The notes under the pieces were generated by a model, which had not been told where the DNA came from, searched no databases, and saw nothing but the letters and a program-made list of their open reading frames with translations. A stretch of 62,050 nt of DNA, the filler included, from Diploschistes diacapsis (lineage: Eukaryota): assembly GCA_023645945.1 (NCBI GenBank). It is 9 parts of 9 records of this genome, joined end to end, with 100 filler letters (N's around TTAATTAATTAA, not from the genome) between each part and the next. Parts side by side here need not be neighbours in the genome. Positions count along the whole stretch, not along the records: positions 1 to 26,778 come from JALAIB010000172.1; positions 26,879 to 31,203 come from JALAIB010001725.1; positions 31,304 to 35,627 come from JALAIB010001726.1; positions 35,728 to 40,047 come from JALAIB010001727.1; 5 more parts are not named here. The stretch is one strand, 5' to 3'. The position numbers and the translations under genes were made by a program. Every line of letters starts with the position of its first letter. Within the stretch, counting starts at the first letter, position 1. Positions 24,091 to 36,463 of this stretch are shown here, in pieces.

Positions 24091-25026
24091 GCTCTTGCTA
24101 CTAATCTAGAGCAATAGTAGAGGGCAGAAGGCGAAAGAGTCGGGGAGGTAAGAAAAGTGCTGAGAGTGGATTGCCAGGCTATTATAGGGATATCTTATGG
24201 CGGTAGTTTTGTTTGACAGGGCCTGCGTCTGTACTGCATCTCAAAGAGACCTGCAGCACCGCACCTGGGATGGCTATTGGCTCTTGCTCGTTGCACACGT
24301 TTGCTTCGTCTCAACAAAGCACCTTCCGCCATACTGATGATTATACGAGCATAATCGACACATCAACCTATCATATAGCATTTTTGCTGGTCAATTTCTG
24401 CGCTTGTAACTGATGGCTTGCTTCGCCGATGCCTTGTACACCAGGGATGCTGAGCCCGGCAAATGCTTTCCTGTGTGCTTGAGGAGCTCTCCGACTGTAC
24501 GAGCCATGATAGACAAACCTTGGAACGCTCGGAAGCATTTCATTTTAGGCCTGATCTGAGACTGCAAATACATCCTGAACGTATGTGTGCTGAGCTTGAA
24601 TCCAACTCGTGGCAGTCTACTGAATGGAAATGGTAAAACCTGTCTTCCGGTTGTTGCCTACAATTTGTGTTGATAGAGATCACCGGGTAGGGTTGGGTTC
24701 GCTCACCTGCACTGCCTTGTCACGCAAAAAGATTGGCGTTACTCACAAACCTCTGCATCTCCTGTTCTCTACCTTTTAGGTAGTATCGATACCTCCGTCT
24801 ATACGGATATACGGATATACGCGGACAAACTTCTTATGTAAAGCTTACCCACTGTCTTTCGTGCGTTTACGGAGGAGGTATCTATTGCGCTTCTGATCCC
24901 CCTACCTTGCTTTGGAGGCATCCCATGGCAGGATGTAGACCATATATGTATACTTCGATGAGCCCACATTGCTGAAGTCCCAAACTGCTGAAGAGTTTCT
25001 GGGTGACTGCGCGCTCTCACGGCAGA

Positions 25027-26206
25027 ATGGTTGGCTTGGACGCGGTACGCGCTTCGAATGCTACGCTGAAGAACCTCAAGCCAGGGTTGGTGGGTGTCTT
25101 CGGTATCTAATCGTGTAATACCTGGTCATTCTTCGTGTCACTTACTGAATTTTTAGTTGGCGGAACAAGTGGAATCGGAGAGACGACGCTGCGGGCTTTC
25201 GTGAAGCATACTGTCAGTCCAAAGGTTTACATCGTCGGAAGGTAATCACGTCTCATCCACCCAACAGTCGCCCCAGTAACGGCTTGGTTCAGGAACGATG
25301 AAGCGGCCTCAAAGATCAAGGCCGACGTCGAGGTTCTTAATGACAGCGCTCATGTGGACTTCGTCAAGACCGATGCCTCTCTCCTCAAAAACGTGGATAT
25401 CGCCTGTAAAGAAATCCAAGCCAAAGAAGACAAAGTGAACATTCTCGTCCTAACATCCGGTTACCTTACTTTCAGCGGTCGAGACGGTAATCTTCCTTTG
25501 ACCCGTCCGAGCGTCCCTGGCAAGACTCACAATTATCACAGAAACAAGTGAAGGTCTCGACCGCAAGTTCGCCCTTAACTACTACTCCCGCATGCGCTTC
25601 GTCACCAACCTCCTTCCCCAACTCGCCGCCGCACACGACGGTCCCAACCCTGTCTCCCGCGTCGTCTCCGTCCTGGGTGCCGGCAGCGAAGGCAAGCTCA
25701 TCGAGTCCGACCTGGAGCTGAAAACCCACTTCTCTGTCAGGAACTGCGCGGCGCACAGCATCACCATGACGTCGCTAGCGTTCGAGCAGCTCGCCAAGAC
25801 TAACCCGGGCACGAGCTTCGTACATTCGGCCCCTGGCGGAGTGGCGACCAACGCAGCAAAGCGCATGGGCGGCATTACGGGGAAGCTGATAGAGTGGACG
25901 GCGAAGAGTCCCTTCTTGAGTCCGTGGATGGTGCCGCTCGGCGAGAGCGGCGAGAGGCATCTCTACGCTGCGACGGCGCCGGCTTTTGCAGCGAGGGGTG
26001 CGGTGGTAGAGAGGAGAGGAAGGGGGGAGGTGGGTCTTGGTGTGGATGGAGTCAGGGGGAGTGGTGCGTATCTGGTTGGCGCCGATAGCGAGATCATGGG
26101 GAGCAATAAGATGATCCAGGGGGAGAGGGAGAGAGGGATGGTGGAAAAGGTGTGGGAACATACCTTGGGGGTTTTCAGGAGGGTGGATGGCAAGACCAAG
26201 GAGTAA
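25027..26206 (+). CDS. Short-chain dehydrogenase/reductase
   Basis: Rossmann motif VFVGGTSGIGETT..VYIVGRN, then LNYYSRMRFVTNLLP and SFVHSAPGGVAT; three introns. Confidence 0.9.
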
Positions 26207-26778
26207 GAAATTAGAGTGATGTGCAGTGGTGAACAAACTCCCAGCAACGCCTTCGTAATCTGAATTTTAAGTATACTAGGGATTTTACTTAAGAAGGTTA
26301 GGTGGTGAATGCTCCCGAGCCGTCGTGGGCTGACAATCTTGGTGTTTAATGGTCATTCAAACCATTAACGTGTGTTCTTTTTTTTCCCCATTCGTCAACG
26401 AACACTTTAGGGCCAACAATACCCAGATAGGAAAGTCTTGGATCGAAATGTGTTCATTCTTTTTAGACGAACACCTCAGGGCTGGCAACACTGAATTAGG
26501 AAGGGGTTATTCGAACGTCAGATCACCAAATTTGTTTAGTATTTCATAGCAAATCTTTTGTTTCAGCAAGATCTAAACCCCCCAAATGCTTCCAACTAGA
26601 ACCCAACACGAATTCCAAACGAGCAATTCATAGTCTGCCACACACACGCCTACTCCACCCATTTCCCAATAACCACACTGCCTTCGACCTGACACACCCT
26701 CCCTCCCCTCTTTCTCTTTCTCTGCGCTCTTTCTCTACGCTCTTTTTCTTTTTCTCTTTCCCCTTCCCTCCTCTCCCG

Positions 26779-26878
26779 NNNNNNNNNNNNNNNNNNNNNN
26801 NNNNNNNNNNNNNNNNNNNNNNTTAATTAATTAANNNNNNNNNNNNNNNNNNNNNNNNNNNNNNNNNNNNNNNNNNNN
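26779..26878. other. Artificial contig spacer N44-TTAATTAATTAA-N44; identical spacers at 31204, 35628, 40048, 44467, 48885, 53282 and 57678
   Basis: Exactly 100 bp each, with a linker that places stop codons in all six frames. Confidence 0.98.
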
Positions 26879-26924
26879 TCTTTCGGCGAATCATCGAGCC
26901 GATAATGTTAAAAGAAAGGGATAA

Positions 26925-27377
26925 TATTACGATTTAAGATACTAATAATAATATTTAGTATATAATAGTTAGTCGAATATTTCCCAGTCATTTCTTATAT
27001 ATAATCCAATTATAATAACGCGGGACACGTGATCGATAAACGACGTCCGATAACTATTTAATAATTAACGTTTGGCGGTTATTAGATAGAAATCGTCAGC
27101 CGATTAGAATTTAATATTTATTAATATTTAATTTATATATAAACGTCGTTATAATTTTTATAAATTCAGAACGTGTTTATTTTTATAAATATTTTTAATT
27201 ATTACTCGGGATTAATTTATATTCGTTATTTTTATTATTAAAAAGCTTTCTTTCTAAAGACAGTCTAAGACCTGTAACTGTTCTACTTTCTTCTCCTGCT
27301 TGCACTCCTCTTCTAACAGAGACCAAACCCACCTTGATCCTACTCGTGTATACCTTGTATAGATAGAGATCATAACA
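26925..27377 (+). mobile_element. 3' LTR of an LTR retrotransposon preceded by a polypurine tract
   Basis: AAAAGAAAGGGATAA (~26910-26924) is followed by TATTACGATTTAAGATACTAA (transition-mutated TGTTACGATCCAAGGTACTAA). The LTR ends GATCATAACA at 27377. Confidence 0.75.
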
Positions 27378-27741
27378 GTAGAGTAGTTACAGGTTTTGGA
27401 CTGTTTCTGGAAAGAAGGCTTTCTAGTGATAGAGGGTAACGAATATAGATTGATCCCGAGTAATGATTAGGGATGTTTATGAAAGTGAACACGCCCTGGA
27501 TTTATGGAGGTTATGGCGCCGTTTTTATATAGTTAACAGCTCTCTAGTGGAGTAGATGAGTAGATGAGTAGAATTATCGTTCTCCCTTTCTACCCATTAC
27601 TGGGTAGAATGGTTTTCTAGACTTTTTATTTATTACGTGACCCGTGTTAACCTGATTGGATTATATATAAGGAATGGTTGGGAAGTGCTCGACTAGCTGT
27701 TGCGTGCTAAGTACTACCGATTAGTACCTTGGATCGTAACA
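27378..27741 (-). mobile_element. Truncated same-family LTR in the opposite orientation
   Basis: 27378-27495 aligns directly with ~128-245, and the copy ends TTGGATCGTAACA (27741) like 484-496. It is less mutated than the other copies. Confidence 0.75.
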
Positions 27742-28398
27742 CCGACGCCGTCGACGATTTTTTTAACGTTTTTAAAGCTCGTTATATTTTATTTGCGACG
27801 TCTTAAATCTTTTAAGAAGTAAATCTTTTAGAAAATTCGATTTTAAACTTCCGATAAGAACTCAAAATGCCCCGAAGTTTTTTTAAAATAATTAAAGCGG
27901 TTAAAGAGGTTCTTACGGAGTTTACGTTTTTGGCGATAGAAAATAAAAGGTTTAAAAAGGTTTCGATATATCGTTAAAAACGTAAGCGCATTATTATAAT
28001 TATAAAAAATATATTTTCGATTTTTATTAAAATTGTTAACGCGCGTTAGGCGAAGCGAAAAGCATTTTACGAGACAGGTAAATAAGAGAAGCAGAAGTAG
28101 ATTAAAAAGAAGAGGTTAATAATACTTCAGGCTGCTGGGATATATAAAAATAAGAAAATGGTCCCGAAAGGAAGGTTAATTATCTTGGGAAAGTTTTCTG
28201 GCGTTAGCGTCGTCGACGTTGGCGATTAGATATAATTAAATAAATTTATAGAATTAAATATAGTTATTATTCGATTTACAGAGCTTTAAATTAATTATTT
28301 TTAGAAATATTTTATTTTAAATATTTATTATTGTAGTTTTTATTATTATATCACGTGCTCGGGTATTAGGGTCTGATCGGGTACTAGGGTCACGACTC
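27742..28398 (+). mobile_element. RIP-degraded 3' part of a Tc1/mariner (Fot1/Pot-like) DNA transposon with terminal repeat
   Basis: Decayed transposase-tail-like peptide FLAIENKRFKK..KRKR. The end CGGGTACTAGGGTCACGACTC-TA has an internal direct repeat, and the same ~100 bp end recurs at 40148-40253. Confidence 0.65.
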
Positions 28399-28435
28399 TA
28401 GCAGAAGCTGCTGGTTCAGGATTTTACATGTCCAT

Positions 28436-28610
28436 CCCGCTAGGCCACCTAGGCCGCGTCCGCCGGGATGCTTTCTACGTTTTCCAACGCGTCCGTGGCC
28501 AGCGCTAACGACACGACCACGGAGATCTTGTTGTACCGAACCTGGTAGGCATTTGTGGAAACTTGTTATACGGCTTGTTCAACTTTCAAGTTGACAGAGA
28601 ACGAAGAACC
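28436..28610 (-). pseudogene. RPL28: Truncated, frameshifted, intronless copy of 60S ribosomal protein uL15 (L27a/Rpl28/Cyh2) with 5' leader
   Basis: ATG at 28552 reads MPTRFGTTR, then after a frameshift [26 protein letters not shown], matching the uL15 N-terminus [33 protein letters not shown]. Confidence 0.85.
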
Positions 28611-29439
28611 TTATAAATTCTAGCCTGACATTTTGGTGCCGAAATCTCCATACCCTACTTACTTTGCAGATTAGATTAGATTAGGGTCAAGTAGACGCAT
28701 AACAAATACCCCGATCATAATATCCGCGTTGCAGCGGCGGCGGCGGGCATCAAGGTTTATTCATATTCTCCTCTCTGTTATACCATTACAATCCATCCAC
28801 TCACTCGTCATCCCCTCTCTTCTTAGCCCACTTTATTTCCGCTGCGAGGAACGCGTTCCTTTGCACTCCACTAAACAAAAGACAAAAACCTATTAAACAA
28901 CTCAGCGACGACGACATCAAGACTTATACTGGACTGAAGACATTGGCAACAAGGGCCAGCCATCCAAGTGTAGCAGAATGAGAAAGGGACAGACGACAGG
29001 ACATGACAACAAGATTTTGAGGAGTAGAGCGAGGGAGAGAAAGCAGAGAGTAAGAAAAAAGAGGTGGAGGGGAAAATGGCCTACGCAGTTTGGTCGTCAA
29101 CCTCCCGGTTAGATATAAAACAAGGCCATAAGGTTGTAGACAGAAGCTTAGTAAATGGCTCCCTAGATTTTTTTGCTTTGTTTATCTTCATGACTTCCGC
29201 GTAACAGACAGCAGACAGCAGACAGCATGCGTAGTCGGTTAAAGCGTAGGGTCTCTTTTGGCTCTAAAATGTTGTTGGCGTTGATTTCGTAAAATGCTAT
29301 CGATATTCTTATGCGCTATCTGAGTACTACTACGTATTTCGTAGCCCAATTTTCCCCATGGCGCCAGTTAGTACCATTCGAAGGGAATAAAGTGATCATG
29401 AAGACCTTGATCTGAGGCCGGGCCCTTTCGACCCAGAAG

Positions 29440-30545
29440 AATCAAATGCGCAAGATAGACGAGCAACTTCCTTTTCTCGACATGGTGTTAATCATGCTTG
29501 GTCCAACAAGTGAATGTTTTAGATGTTCCATTGTGGAGCTCCTAAATTATCTCAAAAACGTTGCGCTATTGCCAGTAAAGGATGTTCAAGGTCACGACAC
29601 AAATATTTTGCTCGTCATCGACTTAGAAACTTAAGGACTGCTTGATCGTGGACGTCCTAAAGTCCGCCATACCATTCCACTTTGCCGCAATGGAATATGC
29701 AATCTTGGTTGTGTGGATCAATTGTCCAACTTCAGAATCAAGGTCTGCTCGGACCTTAGATGAAGACATTAGAGACGACAAAGTCAGACGGGACGCGTCC
29801 TGAATCAAACTTTGCGATGGCTTCACGCCTTGCAGTTGGCATATCCTGAACCAGCAACCTGATACCAATACTTGTACAGAGGAACAGCCCAATCTGTCCC
29901 GCATCCGAACTAGTTTCTTTCCGTCGTGGCGGCATCACCGACTTGTTTCGTCTCTTTGAATCGAACTAGGTCAGTCATGTCATTGATATATGATACCTCG
30001 AACGCATGCAATGGCTTGTTGTACCGCGGTGTGTGCCCACGATGCATCAGGCCATGCACTGTAGGCACCGTTGAGCCAACTGGGCTGCTGTTCGCCTTGT
30101 GCAAGAGGGATTTTAGACCACTGAAAACACGAGATTGAACCTCGTCGGACGAGTACACTAGAGTCTTATCAGAGTTGCCGCCTGCTGCAAGGGCTGAAAA
30201 TGCAATTCGGGCCTTGATCTGCGCCGACGCCTTAGCGGTCATTCTGGGTGATTAGCTGCCAAAGGTGCTTTCCGCTTGAAAGCCGAATTCTCTGGGTTGC
30301 TGTTCCTGCGCCGAAACTAATATCGAGTCCTCTGTTCCCAGCATGCTCTCGGGTTGGCAACGGGCACACCCTTGGAGTACAGTATTCTGGCTGGTGTTGC
30401 AAGCTGCCTGGCAAACAGATGTCCTATCAAGAACAAGAAATTTGTGAGGAGTGCAGATGTATCCCCCCCCCTTGGCTTCGTCACCGCCGTATCTCCAACC
30501 ATCCAGGACATGACGGCCATGACAGCGTTGAGAGAATCCACGCAT
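29440..30545 (-). pseudogene. Decayed intronless coding sequence of unknown origin (~300 aa in several frames)
   Basis: Chained overlapping minus-strand ORF pieces 30317-30541, 30232-30414, 29910-30242 and 29623-29904, with protein-like composition and no obvious introns. Confidence 0.4.
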
Positions 30546-31303
30546 TTTTTACACCACAGACATCTATCTCCCTATTGCTCATAGCAAGCTTTTCGGGAAC
30601 ACTACCAAGTATCCAAGAAAAAAAATGATCTAAATCAATAAAGCGATTTAAACAATGGCAAATATAAGAAAAACCAAAACGTCTAAAACTTACAAAGCAA
30701 CCCGTCCCTAAGAATAGAGTGTTTCAGTCCTCTCGATCAATTAGCCAAACAGGTTGTGGTTTCGCTATATATATATCATCAGTTTAGTTCAATACTGGCA
30801 CAAACCAGTATTTTCGGTCTTTTTGGCTGTGTGGGCCTGGCGGTACTAAACTGGCGCTTTGCAATAATATCACAGAGTAAAAAAGAATCAAGTCACGTGA
30901 TGTTAGCATCGGTAAACGAAGGGCGATGGATTTAGCGGAATTCGGTTTACAACTTTTCAAGACCCACCCCGGGTGAACGGACTTGTTGAGCTTATTTCAT
31001 CTCTGCAACCAGGCTTCGCTTGGCAACAAAATGAGCGTTATTAGCTATAAAAGATATCCCTTCCGCTAATACGTACATTAGACCTTTGACCCCACTTCCA
31101 CTGTTCCCCCCCCCCTAGCCTCAAAGGAGAAACATGAGAAGGAAAAGCAGAACTGGTCAACCGTGTCGTCCGTCGAAAAACCCCCCCCCCCTCTATGCAT
31201 TCANNNNNNNNNNNNNNNNNNNNNNNNNNNNNNNNNNNNNNNNNNNNTTAATTAATTAANNNNNNNNNNNNNNNNNNNNNNNNNNNNNNNNNNNNNNNNN
31301 NNN

Positions 31304-32330
31304 GTACTGTAAGTATTCTCAATTTTTTTATCACATAATTTCAATTATTTAAAAAATGAAGCTATTCACAACTTCATTTTACTAATAAACATGTAGATGG
31401 GCGCGATGCAGCCCGTAGACCTCCTTAATCCCCCTCTGCCGCCCCAACGCCCGCCCCTGCAGCGCAGCCTCCCGCTGCTCCTCCCAGCCGGCCTCCGCGC
31501 TCCTCCTTTTCGTGTCCGGATGCGCCTTGAGGTAAGCGGCGCCGGCGTTACGGACACCGTAGCGAAAAAGTCACTTACCGCTAGCGGCCTCGATAGCGAT
31601 ACGGAAATCGAGATCGTCGACGCCGCGAAACTACCGAGCGATATCGGCAACCGAAAAGTTTAAAAAAACCTATCGGACCGCGAAATCTATAAAAACACTC
31701 GGGATCTTAACGCGGTCGATTTTTTCGAAACTATCGACGTAAACGTCGACGTATTTACGAATACGCGACAAAACGACGTTGCCGTTAAACATATAAATAA
31801 TCTTAATTATTATCTTATATTCTAACGCGTCTCGGGTTATCTTTCTTTTTTTATTAAAATTAACGACGTATAAATCGATAACCTATTTTTTCCGCTACCG
31901 ACGATATCGGAAAATTTCTATCGTTTTATAACGGTCCCGAAAGAACCAAACGTTATCGACGAAGAACCATAAAATAACTTATTACGCGACGGAAAACGTA
32001 AGCTTTTCGTTCATAACGAAAAGACGTTCCCGCTACGCGACAAGATTCTCGAAAAAAACGTAGAAACCGGAAAACGACGTCGAAAAACGAGAAAGGACGG
32101 CGGAAAAAAAGAACGAAAACGTAAAAACTAACGACCCGTCGAAAGCGACGTTAACGTCGATAAATAGACGTTCTAGATCCTATAATATTATATTAATTAA
32201 ATAATAAATTTCGAAATATTTATTATTCGAGATTAAGCATTCGATAAAACTTCGAAATGCTCGAAAATTTATATAAAGTAAAAAAAAAAAAAGAATAAAA
32301 AATTTGTTTAGTAATAGAAAGGGAGCTCAC
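31304..32330. repeat. RIP-degraded repeat of unidentified family
   Basis: Strong TpA and CpG enrichment with CpA depletion and many stops, around a GC-rich patch at 31397-31660. Confidence 0.55.
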
Positions 32331-32647
32331 CTACCTGTTTAGGAATAGGGGTAAAAAAAATTAATTTCAGTCAGAATAACTATGCTGCTAAGTGCCATGG
32401 CTACGCACCTAATTCCCGCTGTTACAGTATTCTAATAAGGCGGCACAATTTCGCATAAGTTACAGCATATTGTGCTATGAGCGGCTGCTGTTCATTACAC
32501 ATGTACCTAACCATACAGTAATGTCTCCATTCCCTTAACTCATATATGCTGCCTCTTTCGCATAAAGGAAAATGTTCACGTTTCTCAATTATTCCGCAAG
32601 ACCATCGCTTTGAGCCAACCGAATCGCAATTTGAGCGGAGGTAGAGA

Positions 32648-35028
32648 ATGTCGGCTGCCGACAGCTTGCCTGACTCCATAGGAAATACAAAACCTTCACA
32701 GCCCGGTCTCAATGTAAACGGTGAACCATCTGGAACGGATGCGGAAAAACCGCCGCTTCTGGAAGATGTTATGCAGCTCGCAAGACTTGGAGATGTTGAG
32801 CCCATGAGACGTCTACTAGATGGCGGAAGGTTCCGAGCTGATCACAAAGACCACGAAGGCATCACACCTCTCCATGTATGTCTCTCCTTGTTCGTCCACC
32901 CTGAAGCGACAAGCATGACTGACGAAACAGTGGGCTGCTATAAATAATCACTATGCCATGTGCAAATTTCTCATCGGTTCCGGCGCCGATGTCAATGCGA
33001 AAGGAGGTGAAGCTGTCGCAACGCCTACAATGTGGGCCGCGCAGAGATGCAACTACTACGTTGTGAACTTGCTGTTACAGCATGGGGCAGATCCGCTATT
33101 GACCGATGCACAGGGCTACAATATTCTTCACTTGGCGACTTTCGACGGCAACGTGTTCTTGCTTGTTCTACTTCTACATCAAAATATATCAATCGATACA
33201 CCGGATCTCCAGGGCCACACAAGCCTTATGTGGGCCGCATATAAGGGCTACCCTGCATGCGTGGACCTTTTTCTTCGATGGGGCGCCAATGTCTCTGCCA
33301 CCGATGACAATGGCTTCATGGCGCTACATTGGGCGCTTGTGAAAGGCTCACTGGGCTGCATACAGAAACTCATCGAGTATGGTGCTGACAGGTTTGCGGA
33401 GACTTCCGATGGCAAAACACCAGCAACTGTAGCAGAAGAGATGAAGTCATCCAAAATGTGGCATCAAGCGTTACATGAGTGTGGCTTTGATGAACACGGT
33501 CATTCGAAAAAAATTCCCTTACCAGTCGGCGTCTCGTTGATGAACAATGTCACCCTTAACAGGTTTTATTTCTTATATCCGTTCTTCTTGGTCCCGACTT
33601 TAATATGGATCTTAAGTACTTTTCCTTTATTCGTTGCTGCTCCCCTTGCCGGTGTTGCTGCCTATGCTCTACAGTCGATAGCTCAGCGACTGCTCAACTA
33701 TGCACCGCTTGAGATGCGGCGACTTCACGAGACCGTAAGTCGCAGAATACAGCATCATAGTGGGCCTTTTGGACTGACCTAGGAAAGCCCTATCTTTCTG
33801 GCATTTTCGCTGGGACCTGCTTCTGGGTTGGCATCCGTTGGATTACCAGGGTCCTTCCAAGTATTCCTGCGCCCTTGCAGCGTCAGTAATAACGATAGCT
33901 AACTTGTCATAGCCACTTGGCGCACTCATCTCGTACTCAATCTTATCTTTGGGATTGTATACACTTTGTGCGGTTACTTTTATATAATCAGCATGACAGA
34001 GGATCCAGGCTATGTGCCCAAAGCGGGCAGCAGAGTCCAGCAGAAGGTAATTGTCACAGAGTTGCTGAATCTCTGGAAATTTGACGATCAGAATTTCTGC
34101 GTTCAGTGTATGATTAGGTCGCCGCTTCGCGGCAAGCACTGCAGGAGGTGTAAGCGGTGTGTTGCAAAACATGACCAGTAAGTTTCATCAAAAGGACCCT
34201 GGGGGATACTGATGGCCCTAGTCACTGCCCTTGGATCCACAATTGTGTGGGGGTGAATAATCTTCGTCATTTTGTACTCTATGTTATGACAATGCAAATG
34301 GGAATAATCGTGTTCATACGGCTAGTGTTATTGCGTAAGTGCAAACACTTCAGGGATATGGAATACTATTTAAAACGGTCCAAGATCTAGAATCATCTCC
34401 TCTTACGGGCAAGCCGGGATGCCGTATACTCTCAGAGGCAATATGCGATGTCATATTAAGGGATAACTTTACGGTCATACTAACGATCTGGGTGACATTG
34501 CAGCTGACGTGGGTTACCATGCTCCTTTTCGTCCAGTGCATCCAAATTGCTAGGGCTATCACTACATATGAAAGCATGCGTGGCCTCCCAGAGCACACCG
34601 CGCATGCTTCCGAAACAATCACCGCAGCCATCACATCAGGCTCACTTAGCATGAGTGGTGCGCAGCTTCCTAGTGGCAATACTGGTGGGGCACATCATGG
34701 ACATGCGCACAGGGAAGGGTTCCTTGGTCAGTGGAAGAAATTACTAGGGCTTGACGCGTTCGTGGCCACGGCGCAGAGTGAGATAAACAAGGGAACATCC
34801 CAGAGAAGGCGCAATCCTTATTCTCGTGGGCTTTGGATGAATTGTCAAGATTTCTGGTGTGATCCAGCTCCTATATTCGGAAAACGGGAAGTGGGTTCAG
34901 CTTTGCTCGACGGGGAAGTTATCAACTATACAAGAATGTACGAGTCGCCACCGATAATGAAACGCCAACGAGGAAGACTTGCTGATGAGGAAGGACTGCA
35001 TCAGAGCGTCCCGTTACAGGGAGAATGA
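32648..35028 (+). CDS. AKR1: Palmitoyltransferase Akr1 (ankyrin repeats + DHHC)
   Basis: Ankyrin repeats [21 protein letters not shown] and [12 protein letters not shown], then [38 protein letters not shown] across an intron, and [15 protein letters not shown]. Confidence 0.95.
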
Positions 35029-35380
35029 ATGTTTAGGACGCCCATAGAAACACAGATATTTAGTGGCAGGGAAATCATGCAAGAATGCTATGTGCATGCC
35101 ATAGGCCACATTGTTTGATATGTCCCGAACTATCAATTACATTATGAAAGATTCTTTCTTATAATTTTTAAAATACAATCCAGCAGGACCGGCGAGAACA
35201 AAGACGGTGCCGAGAAGGCTCGGCCCAAAACGGCTTGCAAGCAGGACCAGAATAAGTTAGGCCTAGGATCTACACTTGCTCGCGATAAAAGGTAAGCAGT
35301 GAAACATAGCCGCTATGCTTTTTATGGGCAGAAAGCATAGGGTAAACAGATACCTTCATGATTGAGATTGAGATATTATA

Positions 35381-35627
35381 ACGTGTTTCACGGGGATTCC
35401 GGCCACCCCCAGATTCCGGCCACCTTAAATCATTATTTTTATCTTATATTCGATCTTTCTTAATAATGATTACCTCGTATAATAATAATTCGATTTTAAT
35501 AGAATTTAATATCAACGACTGTTTACAGGCCCTAAAATCATAATAATATATTAATATTCGAAAAACTGCCCGCGTATTTAAAGTATCTCGGTCGATTATT
35601 ATAGATCGATTCGATAAAGTTTAATCT
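35381..35627 (+). mobile_element. 5' end of a Fot1/Pot-like DNA transposon (RIP-mutated)
   Basis: TA-ACGTGTTTCACGGG TIR with duplicated GATTCCGGCCACC, followed by the HTH-psq-like LQALKS**YINIRKTARVFKVSRSIIIDRF. Confidence 0.8.
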
Positions 35628-35727
35628 NNNNNNNNNNNNNNNNNNNNNNNNNNNNNNNNNNNNNNNNNNNNTTAATTAATTAANNNNNNNNNNNNNNNNN
35701 NNNNNNNNNNNNNNNNNNNNNNNNNNN

Positions 35728-36217
35728 GAGGAGGAGGAGGAGGAGGGGCTGGTGCTTGTGCTTGTGCCTGTGCCTGTGATTGTGCTGATGGGGGCGTTAC
35801 GTTGGGAAAGGGCGTCGGAATTGGTGCAGACTGGTGTTGAGCCTGGGCTGGCACGGCCTGGAGACAGACCGCGGTCCAGATGTAGTTGTCTGAGGATGTT
35901 TGGCCCGGAAGCGAGGGGAGGGAGTGCTGGGGCGGTGGTGGGACGTAGGGTGGCGGTTGTGATGGGTGTGCTGGAGGGAGATTGATGGTGGACCTGCTTC
36001 TGGTGGCTGGTGCTGGAGAGGGGGCAAGACGAGGGAGATGAGTCTGCGGTGGTGATGTGGAGAATGGCGGATGATATGTGTGGCTTGCTGGTCTCGGCAT
36101 TGCCGGGTCGGGAACTGCGGGCGGTAACGGGGTGTCTGCTGGCATGGGGTTCTCGAAGGAGCCTAGCAGAGCTGGATTCCCATGCCAGAGAGGTGTGTTG
36201 TTCTTGTGGGCAGCCAT
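35728..36217 (-). CDS. Partial Pro/Gln-rich hypothetical protein running into the contig end
   Basis: ATG-started open frame; low complexity only. Confidence 0.35.
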
Positions 36218-36463
36218 GGAGATATTTCTTATCTTCGGAGCTTAGGTTTGGTTGGTATCTTGAAGGGATTGTTGGAGTATGAGCCAGACTGAAATCACGC
36301 ACAAGAAAAAGGAATGCACTTTGGGAGACCGATTTTTATATTTCTTGAGTGGACAACGCGATTTGAGTAATATACATGGCCAGCGTCAGCCCCATGCCTT
36401 GTCTATGCAGTCACATTGTGTACGAGGCATTCAAGAAGGATACACAGTCATATACGTACCACC

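Noticed and set aside
26368..26520. Two imperfect ~77-bp direct repeats (TGTGTTC..ACGAACAC..AGGGC) downstream of the SDR
   Set aside because: Only two degenerate copies and no associated structure.
26823..26834. Periodic TTAATTAATTAA motif every ~4.4 kb
   Set aside because: Artificial six-frame stop linker inside fixed 100-bp N spacers.
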